Source of the DNA: Lobosporangium transversale
Taxonomy: Eukaryota
Length of the DNA stretch: 35,870 bases
Assembly (NCBI RefSeq): GCF_002105155.1
Contig: NW_019029081.1
Span: 1 to 35,870, forward strand
Direction: 5' to 3'
Part shown: one piece after another, positions 10,912 through 24,900 of the stretch
Layout: each line of letters starts with the position of its first letter
How positions within the stretch are numbered: the first letter of the stretch is position 1
Notes under the pieces: generated by a model
What the model saw: the letters and a program-made list of their open reading frames with translations, nothing else
The model's database searches: none
Told to the model about the DNA's origin: nothing
Translations under genes and position numbers: made by a program

Positions 10912-13900
10912 TCATGTATCTTGAGAAGGTGGTGCTTCTTCCGTAACGTCTGAAACAGCGGGCACATCATTTTCCTCTTTCATCTCAGTAGCGGTAGTAG
11001 AATTAATTGTGGCTGTGGATGAGCCTAAGCTGGAGGCTATCGTAGTCGTCGAACTGGATGCAGAATTTGTAACCACAGGTGTTGCTGTTTCAGATGATGG
11101 CAAGCTTTTAGGCTTCCTGAACTGACCGCTGATGGCTCGCAGCTGTGCCATAGATGCACCGATTAGTGTTTCTTTGGCAGAGGGGGCTTCCTCAATTGCT
11201 GCTGCCTGCTGTTGCTGAAGCTGGAGCTGCTGATTCTGGCGCTTTAAAAGCTTGGCATAGTCTGTTAAAATAGAGTCAAAGAAGACGAAGAAGAAAGCTA
11301 AAAGTTAATAAAAAATTTGTAAACACCATGGGCTTGTGGCAACTTGTTACGATGTCAAAATATACTTACGAAGTCCGCATGCATTGCACAGAGTGCGTGC
11401 TCCATCAGGTCCTCGCCTCCATTCAGGAGTATCAGATGAATCACAAGAAAGACATCTTCCAGGAGGTTGCATCCGCTTCGCCCGCTTCCGATACTTTGGT
11501 TGGGCCTGGTCATTCCTATTTGATGCTCTAATCAGTGAACCGTTATCATTATAGGATGACATTCCTGCCATGCCGCTCTGCGAGGACGTCGTTGACATAT
11601 ATGAACCGTATGGGGAGCTCTGTTGTGAATAATCTCTCCCGTTTTGCCTTGACATGTTCATATGAGCATCCCCTGGTCGCTTGAAGGCTGACGATGACGG
11701 CTCGAGCCCGTTGCGTCCGGTAGATTGACCCTGCCCACTTGCCTGAGCGCGTTGCTGCAACAGTAATTGTTGCGTATCGAGATTGGGTAGTGGAGTTGTA
11801 TTGGAAGCATCTGAAAACAAACAACGCTTGCCACGAATAATATTGATCTCCTCATCCAAAACCCTCTCATCAGGCGTCATAGCCACCCATGCCTTGATAC
11901 GAATGGCAAGCTGAAAGATGGATGTTGCGGCTCTGGCTAGCTCAAACACCACTTCATCTGAGGGTGGTCCCATACCAAACTGTGGAAAGTCATCGTCATC
12001 CTCCTCAGCATCATCGACCTCAATGTCATTATCACCATTCATATTATGCTTCATAGGCCCGTATGTTGAATGCTGTGGTGCTCCGTTGACGGTCTTGGGG
12101 TTGGCTTCACTCGAGGTAGCAGTTGAGGATGAAGAAGTTTGTAGACCAGTCAACATGGTAGAATTGAGATTACGGATCATTTGCGAAATATCGCGCTGGC
12201 GAGGATCTTGCCCGTGCTCTGGCTCATCGTGATGTTCCTTCATCTCTTCTGGATCTTGGCTTGCATAGTGGAGAGCGAATCTGCAGAGCAGGTCGCAAAT
12301 CTCGATCGCAGACTTGAGATCCACAGTTGTAGGCATATCTGTGCCAAACTTGTGATGCATGTCACCTGAATCCGATGCAGAAGGATCCAACCGAGTCTTG
12401 GTACTACTTGCGTCGCTCACATATCCATTTCTGTCATCTTCATCTTCTTGATGATTGCCACGACTGAATTTCTCAAGTTGGGGAAGATGCATAGTCTTCT
12501 GGCCTTTAGGACCAGAATGTCGCTCAGAATCAGTGCCTTGTCTGATTTGAGAAGGAGGAGAGCCACCTTGTTGATGACGTGACAAAGGGGATGGCGATGG
12601 TACAAGGGACAAATGAGGATTTTGTGGCGGATGTTGTGGAGAGCGACGGGGATTGGAGATATGTTGAGCATCAGCTGATACATCCTGATGCTGCGGTGGA
12701 GGGTACGAAGAATTCCGCTGAGGTTGAGAAAATGAATCGGAACGTGTGGATGGATGCAGATCACCATGATTATCAGTCTCGATAGTGTCATTGTATCTAT
12801 AAGAATGCTCAGGTCCTGAAGTATAATGCGACGACATATTGCGCGGTTGCTGAGAGCCAAAATGAGTAGAGAACTCCTCGCCAGTGGACGCACTCGTGGC
12901 CATATGCGAGGCCGTGGGATGAGATGAATGTCGCGCCTGCGATGGAATGTTTCGCATGGACATAGAGCTGGCTTGTGAGTGTTGATATGACGATTGGGCG
13001 TGATCTTCTGTGGTATCTACAGATGCTGTGCTGGAAAAAGTACGATCGCGCAATCCAGCCATGTCACTAGGATGGCGATTGTGGGCAAGAGAGCTGTCTA
13101 ATGGTGGCTCGGCTGCAAGTTGGCAGCCCGGATAGTGTGGCAGCGATTCGTGCGAATGCCTCGGGTGTGGGCGTGCATACGGTTGAGAGTCTATGGACGG
13201 TTGCGAGGATGGATAGGATGAAGGGCTGCGACCATCGTTGCTCCTCTGACTGTTAGGTGCATGTTCATTTTGATAATCCTCATGCCTACTTTCATTAATG
13301 CCTTGTGAGCGAGTGTCTGATTGCCAATTATCTCTGCTATGATCGTACGAGGGCTCATTCCAATGAGATACATCATGGCGGCGCCCATCATGACTGTGGC
13401 TCCTGTCCTGCAAACGTGGACGACTTTGGCCAAAGTTCGGAGGAGGGCTTGACCGGGAGTTATGGTTGGGTTCAAGGTATCTGCCTCGACTCTCAGGAAT
13501 AGATCGTCCTCCTTGATTGCCCTCATATCTGTTATCGTAGTCTCTAGGTGCATTGTAATGGTTTGGATGCCATGAAGGATCATCATAGGTTCCTCGATCA
13601 AAGACAACGGGCCTTGCCAGAGGATTAGTTGAGTGGGAGGGGAATGTGGAGGGCAAAATGACGTTATCTTGAGTCGAATATGCTCTAGGCCATGGATCGA
13701 TAGTTATAATGGAGTCGTCTTGAGAGGAAGAATAATGACGATTACTCCATGGCCGTCGAGCGGCTTCAAAACGGTCTAAATCTCGATGGCGCTGATTCGG
13801 GTGTTGCGGTTGAGCATAGTGACGCGAGGTTATGAGTGCTGTATTATGGACTGGGGAGACGGCGATGTTATTGGCACTACTGCTCTGACCTGGAGTTCTG

Positions 13901-14148
13901 GGAGAAGAATGGAATGTGGAACTAGTGACGGAGGCAGGGGTGGTCGATGGTGATGGTGAAGGATGATGCAATTGATGATGAGTATTGGAGTGCACGTTTT
14001 CTGGATGAAAGTGAGAGTGAGAATGAGAATGAAGGCTGTGAGTTTCTTTTTGGGTATTCTCAGCAGGAGCGCCAGGGGAAAATGGTGGCGCGGAATGATT
14101 GTGTGTTCTTCGATAGATAGCTGGAGGATATCCTTGTTGTTGATCCAT
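10912..14148 (-). CDS. GATA zinc-finger transcription factor, NsdD/Gat2-like, ~1042 aa. Exons 14148..11370, 11261..10912
   Basis: CLSC-X18-CNAC finger (CLSCDSSDTPEWRRGPDGARTLCNACGL|HYAK), completed across a GTAAGT..CAG intron and preceded by basic KYRKRAKR. First in-frame ATG is 14148; the ORF-track start at 14178 is GTG. Confidence 0.9.
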
Positions 14149-14155
14149 TATAACT

Positions 14156-14188
14156 CTAGGCGAGCAGGCTGCTTCCACAACACACCAT
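14156..14188 (-). other. Candidate uORF MVCCGSSLLA* ending 7 nt before the GATA-factor ATG
   Basis: ATG at 14188-14186 and TAG at 14158-14156, out of frame with the main CDS. Confidence 0.35.
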
Positions 14189-14442
14189 GAGCTCTAGAGA
14201 GTTGAAAGTGTGCAAAGAAAAAATAAAATAAAATAAAGTAAAAAAAAAAAAAAACAGGGTTAGGAGTCATTTAATGTAAAATTCGTATATTCACAACGCA
14301 GACACCCTTTTTTTTTTGGCTTCAACACATACAAGGCACTTAAGATAATGGTATACTGTTCTTTCTTTTTTTGATTCAAAAAGAGGAAAGTGGAATTAGA
14401 CACAACGAAGAAGGAGGGAAAATAATGAAAAGAAAAGGGAGA

Positions 14443-14475
<33 letters not shown>

Positions 14476-14628
14476 TATAGATGGATGGATGAATGAATGA
14501 ATGGGAATGAACAAATGAATGAAGTAATGAATCAAGTGAGATTATTAGAGATATGGATAGATTGTCTATTAGGATGTCCCAGGATGATAACGAAAAGAGT
14601 GAAAGAGGAATAAGAAAAAGAAAGAAAA

Positions 14629-14670
<42 letters not shown>

Positions 14671-15506
14671 AGAGAATGAGGTAAATAGGAATGGGATGCG
14701 TGTTAGTAGAAGAATATAGGAGTGAGAGCGGATCAAGGTGTGACAGTCTCCACAAGAGTAAGAGTGTACGAATGGGATTAAGAGAAACACAGATGCACCT
14801 TGGGAGGGTCGAAAAGAGGAAAGAGGAGAGAAGTGGAGAAGAGAAGAGGCAAGAAGGACGTTTGAAAAAGGGGAAAGTAATGAGGTCTGACAGAAAGTTT
14901 GTCGGGGCGGTGCAAAAGTACCAAAACGCAAAAAAAAAAAAAAAAAGAAAAGAAAAAAAAAAAAGAAAAAAAAAGCGAAAGGAAAAAAAAAAAAAAAAAA
15001 AAGTATAGGAATGATGAAATGACTGAATTGGAGTGAATAGTAAACCTTATTCTATGTACAGTATATGATAATAGAGGGCAGACAGAGTTGCAGTCTTTTC
15101 AAGAAAATAAGGAATGGACGAAAGCCGTTAATTTTGATGAGATGTCTTTGTTGATATTAAAAAGAACTATGGGAACCGTAAATATGAGAGGATGTGAGAA
15201 TGTTCAGTTGAATGCAGGCGAATGTGGGATGCAAGTGATAAAAAATAAATAAAATAAAATAAAATAAAATAAATAAAAAAAACGCAGGGGAGGGGTGAAA
15301 GAGTATGAAGAGTAAAAAAGACAAAAGAGAGGATGGAATGGATGATATGGATGAATGTTTGGATGTGTGTTTTTGTTTGTAAAAAAGGTTGTATGGATAC
15401 AGCGACAAGGGGTGGAGAGGAGCAATGGTATAAAAATGTACACCTGTGTTGGTAAACTTGTTTGAAAACATTCAAAAAGACATTTTAGTGTGGACAAATA
15501 ACAAAA

Positions 15507-15550
15507 TCCCGATCCCCTTATGAGATCTCAGATCGGGAGCGTGGAGATCT
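15507..15550. promoter_or_regulatory. Cluster of four GATC motifs in a nested inverted repeat
   Basis: TCCCGATC(15507-14)..GATCGGGA(15531-38) flank the perfect palindrome TGAGATCTCA (15521-30); a further AGATCT lies at 15545-50. Confidence 0.35.
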
Positions 15551-16118
15551 AGCCCAATGAGACAAGTCATCATTATGCAACCTGAGCAAAAAAAAAATAA
15601 AAAATTTTTGTGACTAAGTTACAAAGAGAATAAATAAATAATACAAACGCATAAAGTTGTAAAATATATTTAACATTTCGTATATCACTCCCTGTGCAGT
15701 ATATACTGTACTCACTTCTTTTTACATATAATATATAATAAAAGTCTCTTTTCTTTCCTTTTAATCTATTTTAGCCTTTTTCCTTTTTCTTTCTCTTTGA
15801 GTGCATATAATTATGTACTCTATTATTATTCTCAAATGGTTATTTTAGGGGAAGCAACTGGACCTAAATAAAATAAAGTAGGAGAGAATCAAGCACCGGT
15901 AGTCGGATCGTCTGTGGTCCGTTGTCTGGGATTTAAAACACCCATCCAACTACAACCAAAAAGTCGCAAAAGAACCAACTTTACAGTCAGCAACTTTCAT
16001 TCTGAAGCAAACAAACCGTTATTGTAAACAACAAAGCAACAGAACAACATCAACACCAACAACAACAGATCTCCCAACGATGCAAGGGCCTAGATGCACA
16101 GGATGTACATAAAAATAA

Positions 16119-16154
<36 letters not shown>

Positions 16155-17938
16155 CACATTATTGAATGTGTTCTCAATAAATCTATACAAAGATACAATG
16201 CCACGATAGGCATTAAAAAACAATATTACAAATCAGAAAGAATCTCAGGAGTAACCTATACCACCAATGAATTATAAAGACTGTCTGTCGATCCTCCCTT
16301 TGAGTCTATTTTTTTTTTTTATTTTTTTTTTTTATTTTTCCTTAACCTGCCTTTTCCTTTCACGTGTGCAATACTTTTGGTCTCACACTAACTTTTATTT
16401 TCACCTCCGAGTATTCATCATGTTACTCCATCTCTCTTTAAGATAACCTTTTCAGACTTCATAAATGTGGCATTCGTATACAGGAGTTAGGACTTCTGAC
16501 CCTTTGACATTGAGAAAGTATTGAGAAAGGTAATAGCAGCGGTAATATGGTAAAAATTTGGATCCACAAAGACAAATTGGATAAATTGCCAGATGACGAC
16601 CTAAGATGGTAAAAAAAGGGCCTTTTTTATTTTTTTCTTTTTCTCCTTTTTCGTTTTTCCAATTTTTTGGTCTACCTACAACATCGTAATGTTTATATGG
16701 CGTGTACAGTAATGTAAATGTACATTATATATATCTATTTACGTTTGAGGAAAAAAAAAAAGGTTTTCCTTCGCCTCTCCCATATCCTGGCCTGAAATCG
16801 GAAAATGTAAACAACAGGCTCAAGATCGAGATCCGATGTGTCATTCATAAATTTAAAAAGTAAAATTAAAGATGGACGGAAAAAACAAGGTTGCCGCTGC
16901 TTAGGACAATGGGGCGAGGGGGGGAAAGGAGAAGGAGGGAAAAGAAAAGAGCGGAATTGAGGGAAATACAGTAAACTGTGGTCGATGAACGAGCACAAAA
17001 AATATAAAATAGAGTGAAAAAAAATAATAAAAAAAATCAAGGAGCCATTTTACCCTATCGAGTTGTTAGTGATTTTTTTTTTTTCTTTTCTTTTCTTTTT
17101 ATTTTTATGGCATGACCCTATTGTTTATTGGAGCTTATTGTATCTCACCTACGCTGCATGTCAATCCTCCGCTTCTATGGGAGAATGGGAAGGAAAGGAG
17201 AAAGTAACCAAAGTGAATAGGAGAGAATGCCGTTAGTAAACTTTACTAAGTGCTAAAAACCAAGCATGTTTCCTTCAATTCAACCGTCAATACAAATAAA
17301 GCAAGGCAAAAGAAAAAGAAAAAAGTATTGTAAACGATACACTGAAAATAAGGACATTATATATATATATATATTTATAATATCCATCCACACACGGGAG
17401 AATAGGATTGTATAAAAATATAATTATACATTTACAGCATGCCCAATAAACAAAAAGTTTATTTATTGGATGTTTATACTTAAAAAAGACAAGAGGCACT
17501 GCTGGTTGGTTAATTGGGGTCAGTACGACTCAGGTGCCTACTTTGTATAAAAACATTGTAGCTGCTTCGAAAAGTATCAGAAGAGTTCGATACATTGAAA
17601 GAAGACGCGTGAGTTGTGACAAAACTAAAGTTAATCTTCATCGATTGATCCTCATGGGGCAGAAAAACCATGATGGTGGATATAAACATTATGGACATTT
17701 GGTGTTCTAGGATTAGTGTTTTCGAAAGTACTTGGATAACTGCGGCTCTCTTTTTTCTCTCTTCAAAATAAACATCAAAGTCTAGATTTGGCGGGTAGGT
17801 GCAGATGAATCAGAGGGCGATATACATGAATATTTGTAGCTGTAGTCTAAGAGCAAAGACTGAAAGGTGGTAGGAAGGGAAGAAACCATCATCGGTAAAA
17901 ATCTATTCATCCGTACCATCGCTCTCACGTAAACGAGG

Positions 17939-17969
<31 letters not shown>

Positions 17970-18438
17970 TTTACAGCGTTATTTACGCCATGAGCAGTAA
18001 CTATAGAGATTATAGAATAATGAAATGAATTACATGGTTTATGGTAAACACATTTCCATACTTTTCTCTCCTTCATACTCCCATGAACATCATGAACCCT
18101 TGCTGAGATTGGAGAAAAAAAGATAAAATAAAACAGAGTACAAACCCAGAGCAAAGAAAACAATGACGTTCTTGCTAGGAATATAAAAATGGCTTGAAGT
18201 AACAGTAATGATAAAAACAATTGAAGAAGGAAGGCCCTTATGGAAGACCTTTTTGCTTCATGTTTTTACGAATAAAGATAAAAATAAAAAAACAATAAAA
18301 AAAGCAATAATAACACCAATAAAAGAAGTTTTCAGATGCCTAGAATGAGTTACGCCCCAGATGCTTTTCAATCGTTTCGGCAACATTGTTTTTTTTGTCC
18401 ACCCATCAATTGTGTTTTTCCATCTTCCTCCATACAGG

Positions 18439-18471
<33 letters not shown>

Positions 18472-18898
18472 TTTTGAGGAACTAAGTATAGCAATATAAA
18501 CACTAACATATATGATATTGAGCCATTTTAGCCGCAGATAAGAACTAGAACAGAGTAACAATTATAAAGGGCAAAGGAGTAAGAAAGGTTCGGGCAGAAA
18601 AGTTGAGCGGATCAAAAATGTATTGGCTGTAATGAACAGCACAAAGAGTCTTTTAGTGATTTCCAGTCGAACTACATTATATGTCTATAGTATAGACATA
18701 CCATAAAATATATATACTGCATTCGGCTACCACTATCCAAGAACTACTTGAAAGGATGAGGAAAATGAGTTCATGAGTCCCTGTTGTTGTTGTTTTGCCG
18801 AGCCTTGAGCCACATGACCTTTTTGCTTTTCTTTTTATTTATTTAGTTTGTTGTAGCATCCTTTTCTGAGCAAGTCTTCCGCGTCGTCGCAGATCGCG

Positions 18899-18930
<32 letters not shown>

Positions 18931-20439
18931 GTTGTTGTTGTTTCTGAGAACGAACCATTAGGATTTGGGAAAATATAAAAACGAATATGATAAAAAAAGA
19001 TTGAATCAATGCTGCGTTAAAGTCTGTAAAACACGTAATGCAGCTTCTACAGTTCATGTGTGTCGCATTTCTCCATAAATATCTTTTTTTCCTAAAGTCA
19101 GACGTACACACACGCATACGTATACGCACACAAAAAAGCAAAACAAAAAATAAAAGCAAGAGCTGTTTTTGGTATAGTTATTGATATTGTTATATGTATA
19201 AAAGAAGTGCATATCCCAACGCAAGAACTCGGCGGTTGTGAGCAAGGTCTTTTTTTTCCTTTCACTTTTTTTTTTTTTTTTTTTTTTTTCTTTTCTCTTT
19301 GCTCATAGTGAATAAGTGACAATATTAATCTGTCCAATATGATAAAATAGATATGCGGGTTACTGCCGAAAATATCATCACTCCGTTTATTTTTCCTCTA
19401 TTCTGTTTCAACATCCATCTTTGGGCTTGGACTTGAAAAGAACTAAAAAAAAAAAAAAAAAAAAGAATTGCAAGTCGTCATTGGAGTCGGAAAAGACTTT
19501 GGCCCGGGGCTGGAGCTTGTTGAAGTTTTTACTATTATTATTATTTGTTTACCGTAATACTAGGCTTACTGCATCATATTTGCAGCTTTGTATAAGCGAT
19601 GGTCGTGTTCATTCTAATGTTTATGGAATATAACGATACATCAATATGCATAAACAAATGCTCCAAAACAATGAAGGAGACAGGAGCAAGGTCAGGGACA
19701 AAGACAGGGACAGGAACAGGGATAGAGGCCCGACCATTGGCAGAGATAGAGTGATACTCGCTCACGACCAGAAAGTACGAAGCAGGAGAAAATACAAGCT
19801 TTATCTTGTCTCTGTCTTTGAATCACCGTCTTTTTTTTTTTTTTTTTTTTTTTTAGTATAAAGGATACAAGTGCCACGAAGTATGAGTAGAGTAAAAAAA
19901 TAAAATAAAAAAAATAAAAAAAATAAAAAAAAGGGTGAGGGAAAGTGAGCTACTCCAGACTATCCCAATCCTTCCAAACCAGGAGACATATAAACATCTG
20001 TGGCAAAATGAACAAAAAAGGGGATTGTCGTTCCAGCTACCGCCAAACACAACTACGTATAGATAGCTTTTTGTATTTTAACGGAGAAAATGTCTAAACT
20101 ATGTGGTCCTCCCCCCTCCTTCTATATATCTTGCCTTATTCTAGGACAAATCGAAACGAGCTACAATGTGCTCCCTTCATGTCGTATCCTGTCATGTCGT
20201 AGTATGTATAGATGCAAAATGGTTGCATATTGTAGATGATTAATGTTCTTTCTCTGCTTCTCCTTGTTCTTTTCCTTCACTTTTACTTTAATCTTTATGC
20301 AAAAGCCATGTCCTGAATAGATCTCAGCAGCATCGAAGATTACAGAGCTTCACCACAGCCTCACTACATCAGACAGAAATCACCATCGGTCTGTATACCA
20401 AATATCGCTTTCCTCTCTTTATAACCCAAAGAAACAGAA

Positions 20440-20654
20440 ATGGGTAGCTTAAACATGTCTGAAACCTCAGGTCTCTCACCAGTTTCCACAGTTTCATTGA
20501 CTGCTCCCACCTCTACATATACATATTGCACCTTAACCAAAGTATCGACATCAGCTACCGCTACCGCCATCTTTGAGGGTTTAAATAACGTGCAGTTCGA
20601 GGATTTTGGTATGTCATTTCAATGAATAGTTATCTTTTTTGAAAGACGAGCTTG

Positions 20655-20688
<34 letters not shown>

Positions 20689-21923
20689 CTTTTCATTTCA
20701 TTTACATATTCTATTGTTTCATAAATCCAACCAAAACAAAAAATGATGGCCAATCGGCTAAAGCAGCTCAGACACCTATTGCTGAGGAAACCATTGAGAC
20801 TACAGAGAAAACAGAGCCTCAACTAGCGGCAAACACGAGAGCAGAATGTAAAGATGCTCATCTGGACGTATTGCAGATCATAAAAAGAACAACAAGGGAA
20901 GAGCATTCGGTTAGTGAGCTGAATGTGTGTAGCAAGCATCAAGCCAAGAATCAAGGCCAGAATGATGTTTTTAACGGACCAAGCCTTTTTAGATTAGCTG
21001 ATTATGAGACACAGGCGCCTATCAATGCAGTGACATCGTCAGTTCAACCGGACCTATCATCAGTGCAACCGGACCTATCATCAGTGCAACCGGACCTATC
21101 ATCAGTGCAAGCCATTGAGGCAACTAAGGACTCTTTGGCTACCAGCATGCAAGTAGCAGTAACAGGACGAACGTTGATGTTTCAGCAGCAACATCTATAC
21201 TTTACTGAACGCTCTATTCCAAGAGAGAGGCAAGGAGAAGAAAAGGTCAACACTGTTGTATGGAAGCAACCCACACCATTTATGAAAAGACCAGCAGTCG
21301 ATGACGGTTTAACGAACGATGGCCATTTTGTTAATCATGACTCTGTCGCTCCAGGCATGCAACCCAGAAGTCGACGAAAGTGTCAACCTTCCACAATCAC
21401 TAGTGAACCTGGTATTTTCAGTGATGGGACTGATATTATTCAAGGAGACAACGTAGTATATCCAGTGTACAATCCAAAGATAGTGAAACTTCTGTCCCGG
21501 GAAGACGCAACTGAAACAGTCGTTAGGAGTGCAATCCAGTATCTGATTAAGGACAAAGACATGACACTCTCTTATACTTCAGTCCTCTCCGTGATCGATA
21601 TCTTGGGCAGAAACGATCGAGATCAGCCTGGCGGGGTTATTCCTCCAACGTTTTCAGCAAAGTTAAAGTCAGAGTCAAACTCAACAATCAACTTATTTTC
21701 TCGGCAAAAAAATATGAAAGTTAAGCTCAGCAGACTACTTTCCAAACTGTTGAGGATCATAACCCAACCGGAGATTTCAGAGGAACTAGTTCGTGAAATA
21801 GTGCGACAGAATGTGATCTCAGCAGGAGCACTTTACCTTCAGCTCTACAGGACTATTCAAGATGCTGGATATAGTCTTCAGGTATTAAAATTGGACATTC
21901 ATTGACTAAATTGAGTAAATTGA

Positions 21924-21957
<34 letters not shown>

Positions 21958-24900
21958 CTTTTGCTATAGCTGGTTGACTCATATTATGTACTTTTATTAT
22001 TTTGTCATAAAGGATCAAGATCACCTCCGGATTTGTCTGTTCCTTGTCGGTCATCACATGACTGAAGACGCGTTACCATGTCTTAACAGTATTGACACTG
22101 CAAGATGGACCGGTAAGGTGTATCGCGCTGCTATATTGTGCCACCTTTTCTCAAAACCACGGCAATTACATCAAGCGGAATTTAAACTGAAGGAATATCT
22201 GGAGTATGTCGAAACGCCATTATTGTCTAACAGGAACAAATTGAATTTCAGTTTCATGTCACTTCAAAATGATCGAAACCGCAAAAACGTCAATAGAACC
22301 ATGATCAGGGAATGGTTCGAGCTCCAATTGGACGCGTCAAGGTGGGAGGAGGTGAAAGCACTGTATGAGCGACGACGTGATAGGCTCTTGGAGGCTCCTA
22401 ACAAAATTGAAAGGTTTGCTGCATACATCTCAACGATCATGGTTCGAAATGATGGTCCCTGTCTGAGGCATCCAAATAACAGTCGGCGTGCCTCGACAGG
22501 TTCCTATGTAAGCGCTTCTTCATCCCTATCCACAGGAACTATCACATCATCAAACTCCGCAACTCTTCCAAAAGTAATCAAGCCGAAAGAATCCTCTTTC
22601 CTAGGAGCGTGGAAGCCATCCTCTGTTTTCTCAGCATTCACTCTCTCTAGCAGCAATCCAGCAATCTGCAGCTGCTCCCCCCTCAACCCCGACTACAGCA
22701 TTAATGCAATCCATACAACTGATAGTAGACCGATAGTGAACGCTTCATTGAATCTCGCTCTCCAGTCGAAATCGCCAGCCAAGGTTCGGATTAACAGTCA
22801 ACTTATAGCACTCTATAATGACATGCTTGAAGAATGTGTCAATCATAAGCAATTTGAGTACGGTTGGCGGCAAGTATATGAGCGCATGGGACCACATCTA
22901 GAAAATAAGCGCACATCAAAAATCGCAATGACGTTATGCAAGCGCGCTTTCTTGGGTCATAGTGGCCATAGCCCTGACCAGCCCGGTTCGCCCAATATGT
23001 CAACTACGCACACATGTTTTGAAGACGAACTCAACTCGTTTGACCATATCGACGAACAGTATGATGGTGGCGAAGGTGAAGGGGTCGGCAATGGCGAGGA
23101 AAACCACGATAGCTGGGGTGACTCTTTAGAAGCTTTCAGACAGAAGTGTAGTGATGGGGTCTGTACAAGGACGAAGCGAGAGGATGCTGAGATCTGGGAG
23201 GCCCGCGCATGGGTGATCTACAACAGGGTTATGGCCAATCCTTCCGCTTCTATCATTCAGAACAATAACTCATCTTCCGGATCTCCCCTATTCTCTACTC
23301 CCGCTCAGCAACCCTTGGTTTCTACTCAAGGCCTAGACACGGCTAGTGTTGATGGTACTGGAAACAAGCACTGGGTGACACCATCTATTCCATCACAGTA
23401 CTTAGCCACTGCCATGACGGGCACAACATCATTGGCAATCATTTTGCAAAGTATTTTGACAATCGCCATCAACTCTCCAGAAAGATCATCCCGGTTGCTG
23501 AAAGCGATCAAGGTCTACAGCGCCATGAGGGACGATCCCTTGCAGCGATATCAGGTGGAGCTGCGAGATCCATTTGTGATGACTTGTATGATCAAGGTTA
23601 TTTATGACACAGTCATGACTATAGTGAAGGGGCAACACCAGCAACATCACTGCATGGAAGCAGGGGCCAACATTGGCCAAACTCAACAGCAGTCAGCAAT
23701 GGCGTTTGGGCCATTGATCGATCTGGCCTTCGAGATCTATGCCGATATGAGAAGCGTTTACTCCATTCGTCCCTTGGCGCAACTAACCTCGCTAACACCA
23801 CCACTCTTATTAAAAACACCAAATAATCAGAGTCGTACTTGTGGTCAGGGCACTGGCCACAGTGATAAGGCAAACAAATTGACAATTAGCAATACCATGT
23901 CATTGTTCTTCCAGCTTTCGAACCGCCCTCCTCCTGCACCATTGTCTGCAGTTGACTTGTCAGCAGGGGGTGCATTGACATCTCTACGGTTTATCAGCCC
24001 TCGTTTGGCATCAAGTACTATTGCTGGCTGGCCAGTTGTTGATACAGAAAACGGTGGAGAAACGTGCCAAAGTACGGATACAGATGTTGTTGGAGCTACT
24101 CCTTGTATTTTACAAGAGCTTAATCCGTCACTTGTTCCCAATCCATACGCCCGTCGACTCCCCAGCGAACTCTACCTTGCTCTCCTTCATCTCTGTAACC
24201 AAGTCCCCATATCAGGTTTACGTCAGTCGATTACGGTTGTGAAGACGATTGTGGCAGATATGATGATGGCCAAATCGGGACAACAACCTGCGAACCTAGA
24301 TCGCCACCTGGCTGCAGCGCTACAGTTTTATCATGATCAATGGATGTGTCGGCCACAGGAGCTCAAAGGTCGCAGGTCAGCATCGCCTGAAGCATACGGT
24401 CGTCATGATAGCACTAACGATAATGAGGAAAGCTTTATGCCAGGAGTGAGTTATCGCGGTAGAGATCGTCGATGTTGCCTGGAGGGTGTGGAAGAAAGTC
24501 AAGGATGTAAATATCATGGGTGGATGTATCGTCCAGAGGAGTATGTGCTTGAGCATATGAAAGCATCGAGTTCATCCTCATCATTATTCAGAAGGGAGTC
24601 GGTATATGATCTGTCAGACCCTATCAGTATGAACATTAACTTGGCATCCACGTCAGAGCCGGAATTGAGAGCAAGGGGGAGAAGGAGTGGTAGTAATGTG
24701 AATACATATAACTCTTTCAATGGGACATCCTTTCAGAGTGATACTGGTGGTCAGAGTGAAGACTCACAAGAAGAAGAGGATGAACAACAATATAAACATC
24801 AAGTGGAAGAGGACAAAGAGAGAGAAGATTCATATTACAGTATCTCGAAGAACGATGCTGATCTTGATGAATTAGATCAATATCTTGAAGCAAGGGCAGC

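Noticed and set aside
19678..19727. GACAGG-like hexamer repeat within a 71-aa ORF (DRDRNRDR)
   Set aside because: Degenerate microsatellite with no supporting exon structure.
14260..20050. Many 60-120 aa Phe-rich or Lys-rich ORFs
   Set aside because: They are translations of poly(T)/poly(A) and microsatellite tracts with no protein-like motifs.
20743..20826. Short ORF MMANRLKQLRHLLLRKPLRLQRKQSLN* that looks like a mitochondrial presequence
   Set aside because: It is out of frame with the large CDS and has no donor to connect it; probably a shifted-frame by-product.
21036..21110. CRISPR-like appearance of the direct repeats
   Set aside because: Units are contiguous with no spacers and lie in frame inside a eukaryotic exon.
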